This document shows positions 21,760 through 35,060 of a stretch of DNA of 64,000 nucleotides, piece after piece. This DNA comes from Selaginella moellendorffii. Its lineage: Eukaryota > Plantae > Lycopodiophyta. Each line of letters starts with the position of its first letter. The stretch's first letter is position 1. The stretch lies in assembly GCF_000143415.4 (NCBI RefSeq), contig NW_003314331.1, positions 230,244 to 294,243 of the forward strand, given 5' to 3'. The position numbers and the translations under genes were made by a program. A model generated the notes under the pieces. That model did no database searches and had not been told where the DNA came from. It saw only the letters and a list, made by a program, of their open reading frames with translations.

Positions 21760-22966
21760 TTAGACACGCTGCAGCATTTCAAGTTCTTTCTCCAGCCACT
21801 GCAATGCAGCAAGATCGTTTGACTTGTCCCTGGACAAGCACCACTCAACTGGTAGCTCTACGTTAATATCTCTGCAAGAAAAAGGAAATAAGAACATCAC
21901 CTGGATGCTAGAAAAGAATAGCCAGTTACCTGCGTAAGGACAAAACTTCCAAGTTTTTCTCAAGCAACACGGAATGCTCCTTGAGAGCATCTTGTATGTA
22001 GGGCTTCCCAACCGTCCGAAATGCCGCTGCACTTAATAGATTTTCTAGCGAGCCGTGCTTCCTCATAAGTTTCAGAGCTGTTTTCCGTCCAAACCCAGGC
22101 ACACCGGGAACACCATCAGCAGCATCCCCTAGCAAGCATCCTTGGAAAGAATTTTTTTTTGGAATAATCAGCCAAACTTACGAAACTGGATACTTACGAA
22201 GTCCCAATTCAATCCCAGGCTCGCATTTGTGTTGTTCAACGTAATCCTTGACTGTGTAAAATGACCACCTTCGTAGATCCGCGAACGGAATCAGCAGCTC
22301 GACGTTTTCCGAAACAAGCTGCTTGAAATCTTTATCTGGAGATGCAATGACTGCTTTCAAACTCCTGTCGTTAACTTGCCGAGCTAGTGTCGCAATGACG
22401 TCGTCCGCTTCAACATTATCAACTTTCACAACCTGTCAGCAATGAACTTCGTTTTAGCTCATGGAAAAAGGAAGAATGAAAGATCGAGGACTTACAGGTA
22501 TGTTACACTGTCGAAGAAAGCATTGGAAACGAGAGAAACTCGCCTCTAAACCTCTTGTCCATTTGAAGCTCGGATCTAGAGGCTTGAATTTCCTCCTTCC
22601 AGCCTTGTAAGAAGGAAGAATTTTTCTCCTATAGTCATTCCCAAATTCGCCATCGAAAACCTGCGCTACACACTCGCATTTCATCCAATCCAGCAACAAC
22701 AAAACGAGACTTACAGCAATCACTGGATCGTCAAGCACAATCCTGCGAAGAAACGCTCTCATCCACCACAAAAACTCGCTGGAATCCGGCTTGCTCCCGC
22801 GGTAGCACAGCGGATGGACGTCCAAGACATAGACCCTGCTCACAGATTTCCTGGCAAATCCGATGGAATCCGTCCGGGCGCCACCAAGAACTGGCGATTC
22901 CGAGCGGGAGCGCGCTGCGCGATCCAAGGCGCTGCCGCCATGGCATTGGACAAGATTCACTAGCAT
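21760..22966 (-). CDS. Organellar 5'-3' exonuclease (DNA Pol I N-terminal / FEN-like; OEX2-like), 5 exons
   Basis: LDVHPLCY, VFDGEFG...YRRKILPSYKAGR, EADDVIATLA, IASPDKDFKQL and the H3TH motif GDAADGVPGVPGFGRKTALKLM. Confidence 0.9.
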
Positions 22967-23072
22967 TGTACCCTAGGTCCTAAAAATATTTCAAACGAAA
23001 TGGTGATCGTGTTCCTCGGAAGAACTCGATCGATTCGATCGATCGACAGCTACATTCCTAGCAAGAGTCGAA

Positions 23073-23516
23073 TCAAAACACACGAGTGCCACTGGTGCGG
23101 CAGAAATCCGAGCGCAAGCTCGCAGCTACGTGCGACACATCCGCGGCGCCATTATATTCATAACTGGGCACTCGCTCGATCGAGAAAGAGCTAAATCTCT
23201 CGCGGCTAAGCGCCCGGACCTGGCGCCACAGCGCCTGCGTGAGAGGGCTCCGGGCGTACCACTCCGCCGAGACGTGGTTGACAACGAGCTGGGAGTCGCC
23301 ATAGACGTGGAGGATGGAGACGCGGAGGCGGGAGGCGGTGTGGAGGCCGGCGACGAGCGCGCGGTACTCGGCCTCGATGATGGGGGCGCCGGGCCCGAGG
23401 TAAATCCCGCCGTGGGCGACCTCGGCATCGCGGTAATCGAGGAGGAGGAAGCCGCCGGCGGTATGGCCATTGGGGAGGCGTGTACCGTGGAAGTAGAGGG
23501 CGTGACGCACGGACAT
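23073..23516 (-). CDS. RNase HI-like protein, intronless, first catalytic Asp replaced by His
   Basis: LYFHG (vs consensus FDG), EAEYRALVAGL, VYGDSQLVVNHV, NGAAD. TATATA about 35 bp upstream of ATG 23516. Confidence 0.8.
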   Translation of the reverse strand: MSVRHALYFHGTRLPNGHTAGGFLLLDYRDAEVAHGGIYLGPGAPIIEAEYRALVAGLHTASRLRVSILHVYGDSQLVVNHVSAEWYARSPLTQALWRQVRALSRERFSSFSIERVPSYEYNGAADVSHVAASLRSDFCRTSGTRVF

Positions 23517-23688
23517 GGTGGCAGCATGGCGGACGTGGAGGGGCAAACCTATATAGGCGCGACACGTGTCTTTTTTAACAAAGTGACGTGGTAAGCTTAG
23601 TTAAAAGGCTTCCTTTAGGGCAAATAGCATAAATTGCTTCCTTTAAGCTTAAAATGCTTCCTTTTAGGGCAAATAGGAGCTATGTCGT

Positions 23689-25826
23689 GTGATTTGCGGG
23701 ATGTGGAATCGTGGATTTCGCAGTGGCGCCTCTTCCAATTCGATGAGAAGAAGAAGAAGAAGAATTTTCGTCCAGGAAGGAGAATGCGAGAGCTCCAGCA
23801 GAGTGTCGATGATTCTGGCCGCCTTGAGAGCGACAAGGGTTTCACGGGACATCGATCGCGGCAGGCAAATCCACGATGAAGCGGCGGGCATAGGCTGCGA
23901 TTCCCACCCCCGAGTTGCCAGCGCGCTGATCGCGATGTATTCCAAGTGCCACAGCATGGCGGAGGCGCGTGGGGTGTTTGATGCGCTGGAATACCCCGAT
24001 GTGGTGTCTTGGAACGCGATCGTGCTGGGCTACGCCGAGAATGGGGACGGATCCAACGCGCTTGAGCTCTTTTCCAGGATGGGATCGTCACCAAATGAGA
24101 GGAGCTTTGTAGCAGCGCTCAAGGCGTGTAGCTCCATCGCGGCTCTGGACGATGCGAGAAAGGTCGAGGCTCTGGAGATGGGAGTTTGGATCCATTGGAG
24201 AGCTTCCATGGCTGGATGCTGCGACTCCAACGTCTTTGTCTCGAATTCTCTGGTGGACATGTACGCGAAGTGTGGGAGCATTGTCGAAGCGCGTAGGATT
24301 TTCGATGGAATGGAAGCTCCCAGCGTTGTCTCCTGGAACGCGCTGTTGCTTGGCTTTGCTGAGAACGGGCAGGAGGAACAGGCTCTAGCTTACTTTGCGA
24401 AGATGGTCCATGACGACGATCACTCCACCATGAAAGCTTGCCGACCGGATTCTCGGACTTTCGCAGCTCTGGCCAAGGCTTGCTCGAACTTGGCGATCAA
24501 GGAGGGTGGCGAGGAGATCCATGGACGAACTGTCAAGCTCGAGTCTCTGAGAAAAGGTATGGATCTTCACGCCTCATCTTTGAGACTTGGATGTAGTTTT
24601 GACGATGTGTTCTTGGTCAGTGCGCTTGTGAGCATGTACGCTAAATGCGGGAGCATGACCGACGCTGGACGAGTTTTCAGCCGAGCTGCTCGTCTCGACG
24701 TCGTCTCGTGGAACTCTCTCATACTCGGCTATGCCGAGAACGGGGAAGAGGAGACAGCTTTGGAGATCTTCACCACCATTTTTGCGACATGCTGTGCTCC
24801 GACGGCTTTGAGCTTCGTCGCTGCTCTCACGGCGTGCATCAGCCTGGCTGCCAAGGAAGAAGCTCGAGTTATCGATGGAGGAAAGCTCGCCAAGATCCGG
24901 TGCCTGGAGAGAGGAATGGCTGTTCATGCTCAAGCGTTGGAACTGGGTCTTGACACGGAAAGCTACGTTGCGAGCAGACTCGTCACCTTGTATGCGAAGT
25001 CTGGAACCTTGGCCGATGCTTGGAGAGTCTTCACCACAATGCCAAGTTACGATCTCGTCTCGAGCACTGCACTGATGCAAGCCTGCGTTGACAACGAAGA
25101 ACTGGAGCTGGCTCTCGAGATCTATGCTCTCTGCCACGACAATCGAGAGCTTTGTGGTCTCCAGAGCAGGGACGCTGGAGTCTTGGTGACAGCACTCAAG
25201 GCCTGTGGAGATCTTGCGGCACTAAACGCTGGAAGACAGGTCCATGCCGACGTTTGCCTGAGTGGAGTCGAGGAAAATCCAGCTTTACGATCCTGCCTGG
25301 TGGATTTCTACAGCAAATGTGGAAGCATGGTGGATTCACAGGTGTTCTTCGATTCATCCGCAACAAGAAACTCAATAGCCTAGACGGTGCTCATTGCCGG
25401 ATACAACTATCCAGGGAGCTCAGCACAGGTTTTTGAGAACGAGAGACGAAGGTTTCCAAGCAGACACTGCGACTTTGTGCTGCATCATCACTGCTTGTAA
25501 CTGCTCGGGCCTCGTCGAAAAAGGCAACAAGTTTTTCGACGCAGTGGTCTCCAAGCACGAGACTGTGCCAGACCGAAACTTGTATCACTCGGCAATTGAC
25601 ATGCTGGGTCGAGTGAACTTCTTCCAAGAGGCGATTGGTCTCGCGAAGGCAATGCCGTTTACGCCGACGTCCCGGACTTGGACGACGCTCCTCGGCACAT
25701 GCTCAAAGTGGAATAATGTCGAGGTGGCTCGGTTTGCAATTTGGGAAGTTTTTGGAGCTGGAAGACAGGGGTGATAGCTCGGCTTACATCCTCATGGCGA
25801 ATATATTCAACAGCTGGAAGAGGTAA
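23689..25826 (+). pseudogene. PLS-class PPR gene, disrupted copy of 39407..41548
   Basis: Premature TAG at 25381 where the other copy has Trp, plus downstream frameshifts. Confidence 0.85.
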
Positions 25827-26289
25827 CCATTCAGAAAATCAGTTCGACTAAAGAAACATGCCTGGTATTATGAAATACGTGGTTGTTGACACAAGATCTG
25901 TTTTGAATATCTCAACAAGGGTGGAGTAAAACAATGTCAGGATGTTGATGTAGGGCACACAACATTTAGTTGTAGCAAGGTCTCATGGACTTTGTGAAGG
26001 CACAACCTATTGTGTTTCGAGCATCATTGAAGCGCACAGGATTTTCAAGCTGAAGAGCTTTACGAAGATGGTCCATGACCATCACTCCACCATGAATGTT
26101 TGCCCAAGGCTTGCTCAAGATCCATCGATGAATCAAAGGTCTGGATCTTCAGGCTTTTTTTTTGTGCTCTTGGTCAGTTCTTGATTATACAGATCACGGC
26201 CTTTAGGAGGAATTCTACAAACTACAACTTGAATAAGCGGGTATATGATCTGAAAAAGAAATCATGCTACCATTGCTTTAAAGAGATAG

Positions 26290-26840
26290 GAAAAAATTCT
26301 CCCTCCCAGGTAGAAGAGCTGTGTGACATCACTTGCAACTTCATAACTAACTTGGCCATGGAGGATTTAGCACTGGGACTTGTCCAAGATGGCAGCAAAG
26401 TTGTGGTCAAAAGGAACAATTTGAGGCCGAGATGAGAACCATTGGAAGCATCCATGACCAAAACTTGGTCAGGTTGCAAGGCTATGGTGCTCACAACCAG
26501 CTCTACTACCTGGTATACGAGTTTGTGGAGAATATAAGCTGCTCTTTAGTAAAATTGATGAACAAGCAGGGACATTTGAGTTGGAAGATAAGATCCCCGG
26601 ATCGCCTTGGACATCGCTCGAGGACTGGATTATCTTCACAGAGGATGCAAGCCGCAAAACATCCTTCTTGAGGCGGACTTTGGAGCTAAGATTTGTCACT
26701 TTGGACTTGCTAGGCTGGTTGAGAGGAGCAATCACGAGAAGAACTTTCTGAACACGGTGATGTGAGGAACTCCCGGATACATGGCTCCATTCCCGGGTGA
26801 TAGATGAGGCAGATGTTTACAGCTTTGGGATTGTTTTGCT
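26290..26840 (+). pseudogene. Receptor-like kinase domain remnant
   Basis: MRTIGSIHDQNLVRLQGY...[50 protein letters not shown], with frameshifts and stops. Confidence 0.85.
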
Positions 26841-27669
26841 AAATGGTTCCCCTGCCATCTAGAACCTCGATCACTTCTTGAAAGTAAAAGCATTTGAAAA
26901 CGTGGATCCAGGGCTGTTGCTTGTGGAAGAGCCCAATGACCGCGGCCTGATGACCTCAAGTGCCTTTCTAAAGGTGCCTCGAATACATGGAACCCCATCG
27001 TATCCTCGAGGAATGCCACTTGATCGTAGCCGCACATGCCATGGACGGCCTGGCGCGCACGGGATAGTGTTATAATTTATTTGAAGGAGTATTGAATGAG
27101 AGTGTAGTTGAGACGAATAAAAACGTTTAAAACAAAGGTAATATATGTTTTCGTATCCATTGTGTGCATTGTATAATCTCTTTTTGGTGTTTGTCAAATG
27201 TATTGTGTTAGATTTATTTTAAAAGTATTTTTTTCTTTAATTGATCTGAAATTGATCTTATTAAAAAGGTTTTATATTAACAATTGAAACCTAATATCAT
27301 TATATTTGTGGTAAAACTATGATTTTCTTCAGAGATTAATTCTCTCTAAAGGATAAATTATAATCTCATGACAGACATAAGGGAATGATAATCGTAATGT
27401 TTATGAAATTAGAATTTGGTCAGATTTTAATTGTAATATAAGACCTTTTCAATTAAATCAATTTCTTATTTGGGAAATTTAAACAAAAAAATTGCTCTTA
27501 CATATTTTAGTCCATTTCAAATTAAATCAAGCATATATTCAACAAACACTAAGAACAAATTGCATGATGCATATATTACTTACATTTCTAAAATCTACTT
27601 CCAGAGTGTTAGTGAACTAAAGTATATAGAATTTTTTGCTCCAAAATAGTTAATAGTCCTCTTGACGAA

Positions 27670-29403
27670 CATACAGCAGCAGCAATGAAAAGCTATAATG
27701 ATATCTACAAAATAATGGTAGAAAAACATACATTAACAATTAAAGTATACTTAAAATTTAAATTTAAATAATAAAAAATTGCAAACTTAACTAATGATTA
27801 CTTATTTTCAAAAAATATAGATATATTTTATAATAAAATTTATTATTACAATTAAAGTTAACTTTTACATAGAATATGTAAAAACGAGTTCTCTTTATTT
27901 AAACCTCCCAAATATGAAATTAATTTCTCAAAAAAGGTAAATATTTTTAAATTAGCTGTGATGATGTTAACCCATACATAAACTATTTTTTATTTTAGGT
28001 CAAACTCTAAATATTTTATTCCCAATGACTTTAGTTATAAGTATAAAATTATTATTTTAAAGTCTATCATAAAGTACTGAAAGAAAACATTATCAAGTCG
28101 AAAAGGTAAAAAAAACAATGAATAAAAAGCTTAGAATAAGGGTAAAACATACGCTTATACGTGTTGCTTATATTATGTGAATTCTTTTTAATTATATATA
28201 CAACATTATTTTAAGTTAAATAAATTTCCTACTTACAGTTTTAAAAGTTTCTATAAAATTAAATATATAAAAATTGCAAAAGAAAAATCTATAAAAATAC
28301 CAAAAAGATTTTATGCTTTAATGTAAAAGAAATATGTAAATTAGTGTTTTATACCAAATTTAATTTTATAACTTGAAAATCTTGAAAAGATTCATTTTCA
28401 ATATTTATTAGTAATTTACCTACTGTATGATTTGAAATAGTATCAATAAATTTTAATCAATTTCAATAAAGCTTTTTCTTTGAAACTTTCCTGATAAGGA
28501 TAAAAAAACTCTAATTTTTAGAGTGTTAGTAAAATAAATTTTACTTTTCAATTTCATTCAAATCATAAACTTTCATCCAAATAACAAAAATATATAATAA
28601 CAAATTAACACGATTAGTAAATGATCTTTATGATGAATAATATGGCAACAACAATAAGCTAAAATGATATCTATAGGATAGTGGTAGAAAACTTTACATT
28701 AATATTTAAATTTTACTTAAATTTTAAATTTAAATAATAAAAAATTTCCATTTTAATTAATGTTTAATTACTTTCAAATAATATGATTTAAACTTTTATT
28801 GATATATTGCATAATAAGATTTATTAATAAAATTATAATCAAATATTATCTAGATTATCTAAGAATGAGTTGTTTTTACTTGAACTTCTCAAATACGAAA
28901 TTTATTTTTTAAAGTTAAATATTTTTAAATTAGTTATGATGATGTTAAAAAACACAAAAACTCCTTTTTATTTTTGTCAGTCTCTAAATAATTTATTCCC
29001 AACAACTTTACAATTATTATTTTAGAGTTTATCATAAAGTGCCGTATAAAAATATAGTTAAAACGAGAAAGTAAAGAGAGGTGACTAAAAAGTTTAAAAT
29101 AAGCATGAGCATGCGCTTATATTTGTTGCTTGTATTGTGTGAGTTTTTTTATAATTATAAATACAATATATTTCTAAGTTATACAAATTAACTACTTTAC
29201 CTCTTCTAAATTTTTTAGTGAAATTAAAAATATAAAAATTGCATAAAACATATATGACAATACCAAAAAATATTTTATACTTGAATGTAAGAGAAATATA
29301 TAAACTAGTTTTCTATACCAAATTTAAATTTGTAAATTGAAAAATTAAAACATTTAATTCTCACTAGTTCTTAATAATTTTTCCACTATATGATTTGAAA
29401 TAC
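27670..29403. repeat. Two diverged ~760-bp AT-rich units (~27670-28440 and ~28635-29403), period ~960 bp
   Basis: Collinear shared blocks: gatatcta..tggtagaaaa, tttaaatttaaataataaaaaatt, atgatgttaa, tatcataaagt, tataccaaattta, tatgatttgaaata. Confidence 0.75.
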
Positions 29404-32400
29404 AGGAAAATATATGATACGATTAAGTCCATAAAATATGTAAAAAAAAATATCCTTTGGTTTTATTTTTATATTGTAAGTTGATTTTCCAAACATAGTA
29501 AAATATCTTTATAGTGGTCATGAGGATGCCAAAAATCAATCAATTTATTAATGGATATTGTGACTATGAGAATGTAATCTTTTTATTTTTTGTCAAACTA
29601 TAGTTTACTCTTTATAGTGAGTAGATTAGTAGCATTTACACACCACTATATTTTACAATTAGTTATATTTTGAATAAAATTAGTTTGAAAATAAAGTAAA
29701 AAATAAATATTTTCAATTTTATTGCTTCTCAATTGAAACTTAATCATTTGTAAAAAATTCGAGAATGAAGAAAAAAATACCATATTGGTATAATAACAAA
29801 TATAATTGAAAATTATTTAAAATCAATATCCTTCAGAATGGACTTGATTAACTTTTATAGTAATTTAACATCACAATAAAAATAATGGTAAGTGAATATT
29901 ATAGTTATCTTAATTTTGTTATAATATATCATATAAGAATTACCAATTTCTTGCATTATAAATAAAGTCTCATAAAAAGCTTTTATTAAAAACATTTATC
30001 CACTTCAAATTATGTAAATTAGGTTATTAAAGTATTTTATTGTTAAAACTATGAATTTCACAGTCCTTTAACTACCAAGATTGTTATAGCCACACAGCAA
30101 TTGCTACTGCAAGATGGGGCTCTTGATCAGTTGCACTTATTTAAGGTAAGTGTTAGGACAAGCCACAAGGCATTCTAGCTAAATTCCAGACACTTCACAA
30201 GGCTAGCAAATCATCGAAGAAATGTCTTTATTCTCTCTCCCTTTGTTCTAGGCTAAGACTGGATTGGACTGATCACTCCAAGAGGCTCTAGAAGATCAAT
30301 GCCTGGCCGGAATTTGTGGCATCGTGATCGCATGTCCTAGGATCTCCACTATGATCACGAGGGAAAAGGCGGTGATCAACGTGCATCAACACTAAAAGTG
30401 AGAAGACACTGCTTCTAGGGAAGAGGTGGTTTCCCTCAAGCAGATCCAATTGCTTCATAGCAAAGTCCTCAAGATGCTCTTATATTTTGTCAATTTCCTG
30501 CTCGCCCTCAGCAACATTCTAGATGGGTGAAGGATTGTTGGCACCATTGTTGCACACATCCATCAGGCTCATCTCCGACAGCCTCAAGAAGTGTCTAAGA
30601 TTTGAGGTCATGCTTGAGGAGAAGTTGTGAGAGTTTTTTCCTCTTTTTTTCTTGAGATTTATTTGTTAGTCTCCACCACCAGGACCATCATTAGTAGTTA
30701 ACAGTGGAAAAAGCCTCATAAAATCAAATGCCACCAACCCAAATTGAGAATGAGAATCATAAGACTCATAAATGATTGAAGTGCCAGGAGAAGAAAATAT
30801 TACAAATAAGGAAGAAATACTAAGAACATAAGAAGGTGGTTTAGGCCCAAAAATAAGCAAAGGTTGGGGAAAAACAAAAGGTATAGAGAAATTATTAAAT
30901 AGCAAATTGAAAGATTGACACCTACCTTGCGAAATCTTCAACTCATCTCCAAAGTTATTTCTATAATAATCAAGTTCCTCATCACAATTTAAAATTCATT
31001 TGAGCTCATAAACATCGTCTTGCCATAAATTTAATCCTCAAACATTCTCCAAAAACTGGACTACATCATCTATAGCTTGCCAATCAATGTCAAGATCACA
31101 CTTCACACAAAAGAAAAAATGGCAGAACACCAAGAACAAGACAAATTGCATAATCATGTCCTATAGAATTTGGAGATGATAACACACCAAAGATGGGTGA
31201 AATATTAATATGATCACACTTCATAGCATTAAAAATTTGATCTAACATAACAACATTAGTAACCTCAAATGACATACTCTTTGATCAATGACAGTGTGGC
31301 ATAGTAGAAAAAGAGAATGCAATGAAAATCAAGAAAAAGAGTAGATCTAAGCATAACAATAACTAGAATTTTAGATCTTGCAAAAAATTAATACAAATCT
31401 AGATCTAAAAAACAATGAAGAAATAAAAACAAAAAGCACAATCCCAAACATTGCACTACTAGAAACCTTTGCCCTTCAAAAACAAATTGTAGTGCCCTTC
31501 ACCTCCACCAATGTGAGTGCTCGAAATATAGAAATAGATATATTAATTGAGGTCTAGACTTGTGCTTATATACATGAATAAATGGACCAGATTTAATCCC
31601 AAATGGATAGTCTATATGCTAGAATACTATAATTAGTGTATTTACAAACCTTATTTTATTTATAGCAAAATATAAGACTAATCAAAATTTGGCAGAACTA
31701 TTGAATCAAGTACAAAGACATAACTTTCTTCTCTTTTTTGGCTTTTTAATTGCATATTTTGCAAAGAAACATTTACCATTAGATAAATGGGCTGCCAAGA
31801 ATTTATAGATGGTTTTACTATTGCTAGGATTATAATTTCATGGTCAATGACTATATTGTTATATAAACAACATAGTTCGATTTGATGTAAACATTTCTGG
31901 AATAGGATGGTGATGATGCATCAATTCCATCCCCCCTTTAGGAATTTCCTCCACTGCCTACGAAATACAAGCACTTCCAACTTCACATGAAATGGTTCCT
32001 AAAAACATCATCAAGGGAAATGCAAGGGCTGAGAAGGCCAATCTACTTACTACAATGCCTTTAGGAGATCATGTAAGTTATTCTAATGGTTGAGAGCACT
32101 GAGCTGAAGGCATCAAGGCTAAAATCTTGTAGAGTATTGAAGCTATGAAGGCAAAGGTTATGGAGGAAACTACTAGAACATTTGAATTTGTACAGGTGTC
32201 AATTGAAAATTGAACCAAAGAACTTTGAGGCAACCATAATAATTCATTTAGTATTTCTTATGACAAAGTTTAGCCAGTTTTTTCAAATTTCTTACATATA
32301 TCTTTTTTTCAAAATCTATAACATAAGAACTTAGTGTGCAAATAAGTTGGAATAAATACATATCCATACATTGCATGCACGGACTTACATCTGATTTTTG

Positions 32401-32658
32401 ATCTCTGGCTGTAGAGCTTGCAGGCTGATATAGAATGCATGGCATAGCAAAAATTATATATATCCTCTTTTTACTAACTTTTACATTTATTAAAACAAAT
32501 TACATATACAGAGTTTCCCATAGTTAATGCACCCCATAGTGCTTCAAAGGAATTACCAACAATGGAAGGGCATCAAAAAAGCCACAATCTCGCAATGCAT
32601 GAAAAACAAATCACACTACAAATGGATTGTGCAAAAGAAGTGTTTATTAAATTTGTGG

Positions 32659-33504
32659 TCAGATTAAGCACCAACACAAACTACTCATCTCTTTGCTAAA
32701 TCTATCTTTACTTGTTTCATATATACCAGATGGGTATTGAAATCTATACCAGCAATCCAACTCTTTGGATCTAAAAGTGACAATATGATTCCTGTAGTCA
32801 ATTATTGCTGAGTGCTTATGAAGCCAGTCAATCCCAAGAAATATGATCTCTCTGGAATCTTCTATACCAGTAAAATTTCTTCTTTCTAAAAAGTTTCCCA
32901 AGTTATAACATAAATTCTCAACTCCATAACCATGTTTCATTTGAACATCTGGAGTTAGCCTTTCTGCGAAATACTTGGAATCATGAACTACTTTAACCCC
33001 AAGTTTCCTGATAAGTTTAAGTGATATTCCAGAACTTGCACAACCATTATCTATTTCAATTCTGATATTCTGATCATTGATTCTCCCACTGTACTCTACG
33101 TGATGAAAAGCAGTACATATATGTTGATTTATTCTCTTGTATTTTCTGGACTTAAATAAATTGTAATCGCCCATGAGGCAATATATGGTACCATTAACCT
33201 CAAATGTTAGAGTACTTATAGTGCCACTGCAGTCTAACTCTAAACAGTGTTTATGTATCCAAGGTGAACCCAAAATTATATCATGATCTAGAATCACTGG
33301 TAAGACGGTCAAAGTCCTTGTAACTTCACAATCCTCTATCATAAACTTGAAATCCTTAACTTGTGAATTACTGTCGACAGTAATATTAAACTCATCCACC
33401 AACTTCTGAGAAATAACATCATCACAACAACCAGAATCCCAAACTATATCCAGTTTCCTTTCAAGCCCAGAGTCTCCAACTAACCTTCCAAAAGCTTTTG
33501 CCAT
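32659..33504 (-). CDS. Tandem-retropepsin gene copy 3 (intact, 281 aa)
   Basis: IVWDSGCCDDVIS...DIILGSPWIHKH and IEIDNGCASSGIS...IFLGIDWLHKHSAIIDY. Collinear with copy 1. Confidence 0.8.
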   Translation of the reverse strand: MAKAFGRLVGDSGLERKLDIVWDSGCCDDVISQKLVDEFNITVDSNSQVKDFKFMIEDCEVTRTLTVLPVILDHDIILGSPWIHKHCLELDCSGTISTLTFEVNGTIYCLMGDYNLFKSRKYKRINQHICTAFHHVEYSGRINDQNIRIEIDNGCASSGISLKLIRKLGVKVVHDSKYFAERLTPDVQMKHGYGVENLCYNLGNFLERRNFTGIEDSREIIFLGIDWLHKHSAIIDYRNHIVTFRSKELDCWYRFQYPSGIYETSKDRFSKEMSSLCWCLI

Positions 33505-33829
33505 CGAACCCTAAATTTACAGAATCATAGAAGCATCAACCCTTTAAAGACTCGTCCCTTTTTCTGGCAGTCTCCTTTTGCTGCGAGGACATCCTCCCCA
33601 GCCACAACCGCAATCACGGCTTGAAAGTTTCCTTAAACCTGGATTTTGGTTCACAATCTTCTGCCTGAACACTCAGTATTGCGATGGATTTCACCAGCAA
33701 GCTGGCATTGAGATCCCTGGCCGGAGTGAACAAGTCAACAACTTACCCATGGAATCTTCCACCATACGAGGAGACTAGCAATAAAGACTTGTTGGTTGTC
33801 GCAGCATTCAAAGAACGTAGCCTAATTTA

Positions 33830-35060
33830 CCTTAAGAAACCACAGCTTCCGCAATGCCCAACCAAGGAGCAGTACTTGCAATCTTTCTCTGGCATCAGAA
33901 AAATTCATCCGTTACACTCGGGCATGAGCTCCAAACATTTTCAAGCGCCTCCACGATGATCATTCCGGGATATGCCTTGATCGTGTTCCAAGAAGTAACG
34001 TCGCTCAAAGCCTCCTCGAGTCCACTAGCTTGCCCGCCTATTGGCCACGATTCATGGGCATCGTATACGTCGCGAATAGCCTCTCGTCTGGCCGTGGTTT
34101 AAGTAGGCCAGCCTCTTCGGCTTTTTGTCCAGCGTAGCAGCCGCTTCCCCACTTGTGACCAGGAGTTTGATCCTTGCGAACTTTGACAGGATCCTCCAAA
34201 GCTTCTGAATCCTAACACAGGAGATCCCTCGAGATCAAATAAAGCCACACGTAAAAGACTTGAAAACCTGGTCGCGTTTGTCGCTTAAATCGTTCTTTTG
34301 GAGAGCATCGTCCCGTGAGTTGTCAAGAAAGCTCAGATACTTCCCAAGAAAGCTCCCCTTCACCTCGCTAAGTTTCTGCTTAGACACTTCATGCTTGAGC
34401 CAGTTGTCAAGTGCAACCCGGTCACACTCCATAGCTTCTTTCACATTTCCCAGAACGAAGCGCCTCTCCCCTTCTTCGAGCCGAGCGTGCTCTGGAACCT
34501 GGACCGAGCTGCTCTGTTCGACCAAGGATTCGATAGGAAGCCCTTCCCATTCACCGGCATTGTCCGGAGAGCATTGGCCTGGAGCGCACGGAGAAAGTTT
34601 GGATCGTGCCACGGCGGCAGGGGCGAGTGATTGAGCTGCCGGAGGGAGACGAGTGAGGAAGCAAAGGAGGAGGAGAAGGAGTGGCGAAATTGATGTCCCT
34701 GGCGGTGCCGGCGCCAGGCCTCCACTCCATACCGTCTTCTTGACGCCATTTATGGCCAGATCATGCTAAAAGCCTTCTTCCATATGCCCGATCTGGGCAA
34801 GTGCTGCTATCCTTCCGGTCCAAGTGATTTCTTACTCGTTTCCAGCACTCGATCATACAAACTGCTAGCCTCCTCCATCTCGACAAGCTAAACATAGACT
34901 GTGATCAGATCGCTCCATGCAAATGGATCCAGGGACCTACAGTGATCAAAGAAGCACGATCATGATCCAGATACCCGTTTTAGGCATATGCTCTAATCGA
35001 TTGGGGCGATCAATCGCGGAAAAACACGGCGCACATTTCCCAGACTGCTTAGCCGGTGTC
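33830..35060 (-). pseudogene. Highly degraded PPR remnants (paralogous remnants at ~49850-51660)
   Basis: SDVTSWNTIKAY and DPFAWSDLITVYV-type PPR helix motifs, heavily interrupted. Confidence 0.5.

Larger units (their letters stand above)
17887..25840. repeat. Left arm of the large inverted duplication (partner ~39397-48277)
   Basis: Same four genes in mirror order with near-identical translations. This arm lacks ~1 kb, deleted near 18570, that is present in the right arm and in segment A. Confidence 0.95.

Noticed and set aside
30060-32250. Possible retroelement or gene remnant, including ORF 30666..30941 and a purine-rich tract near 30635-30655
   Set aside because: No diagnostic motif could be identified by eye; left unassigned.
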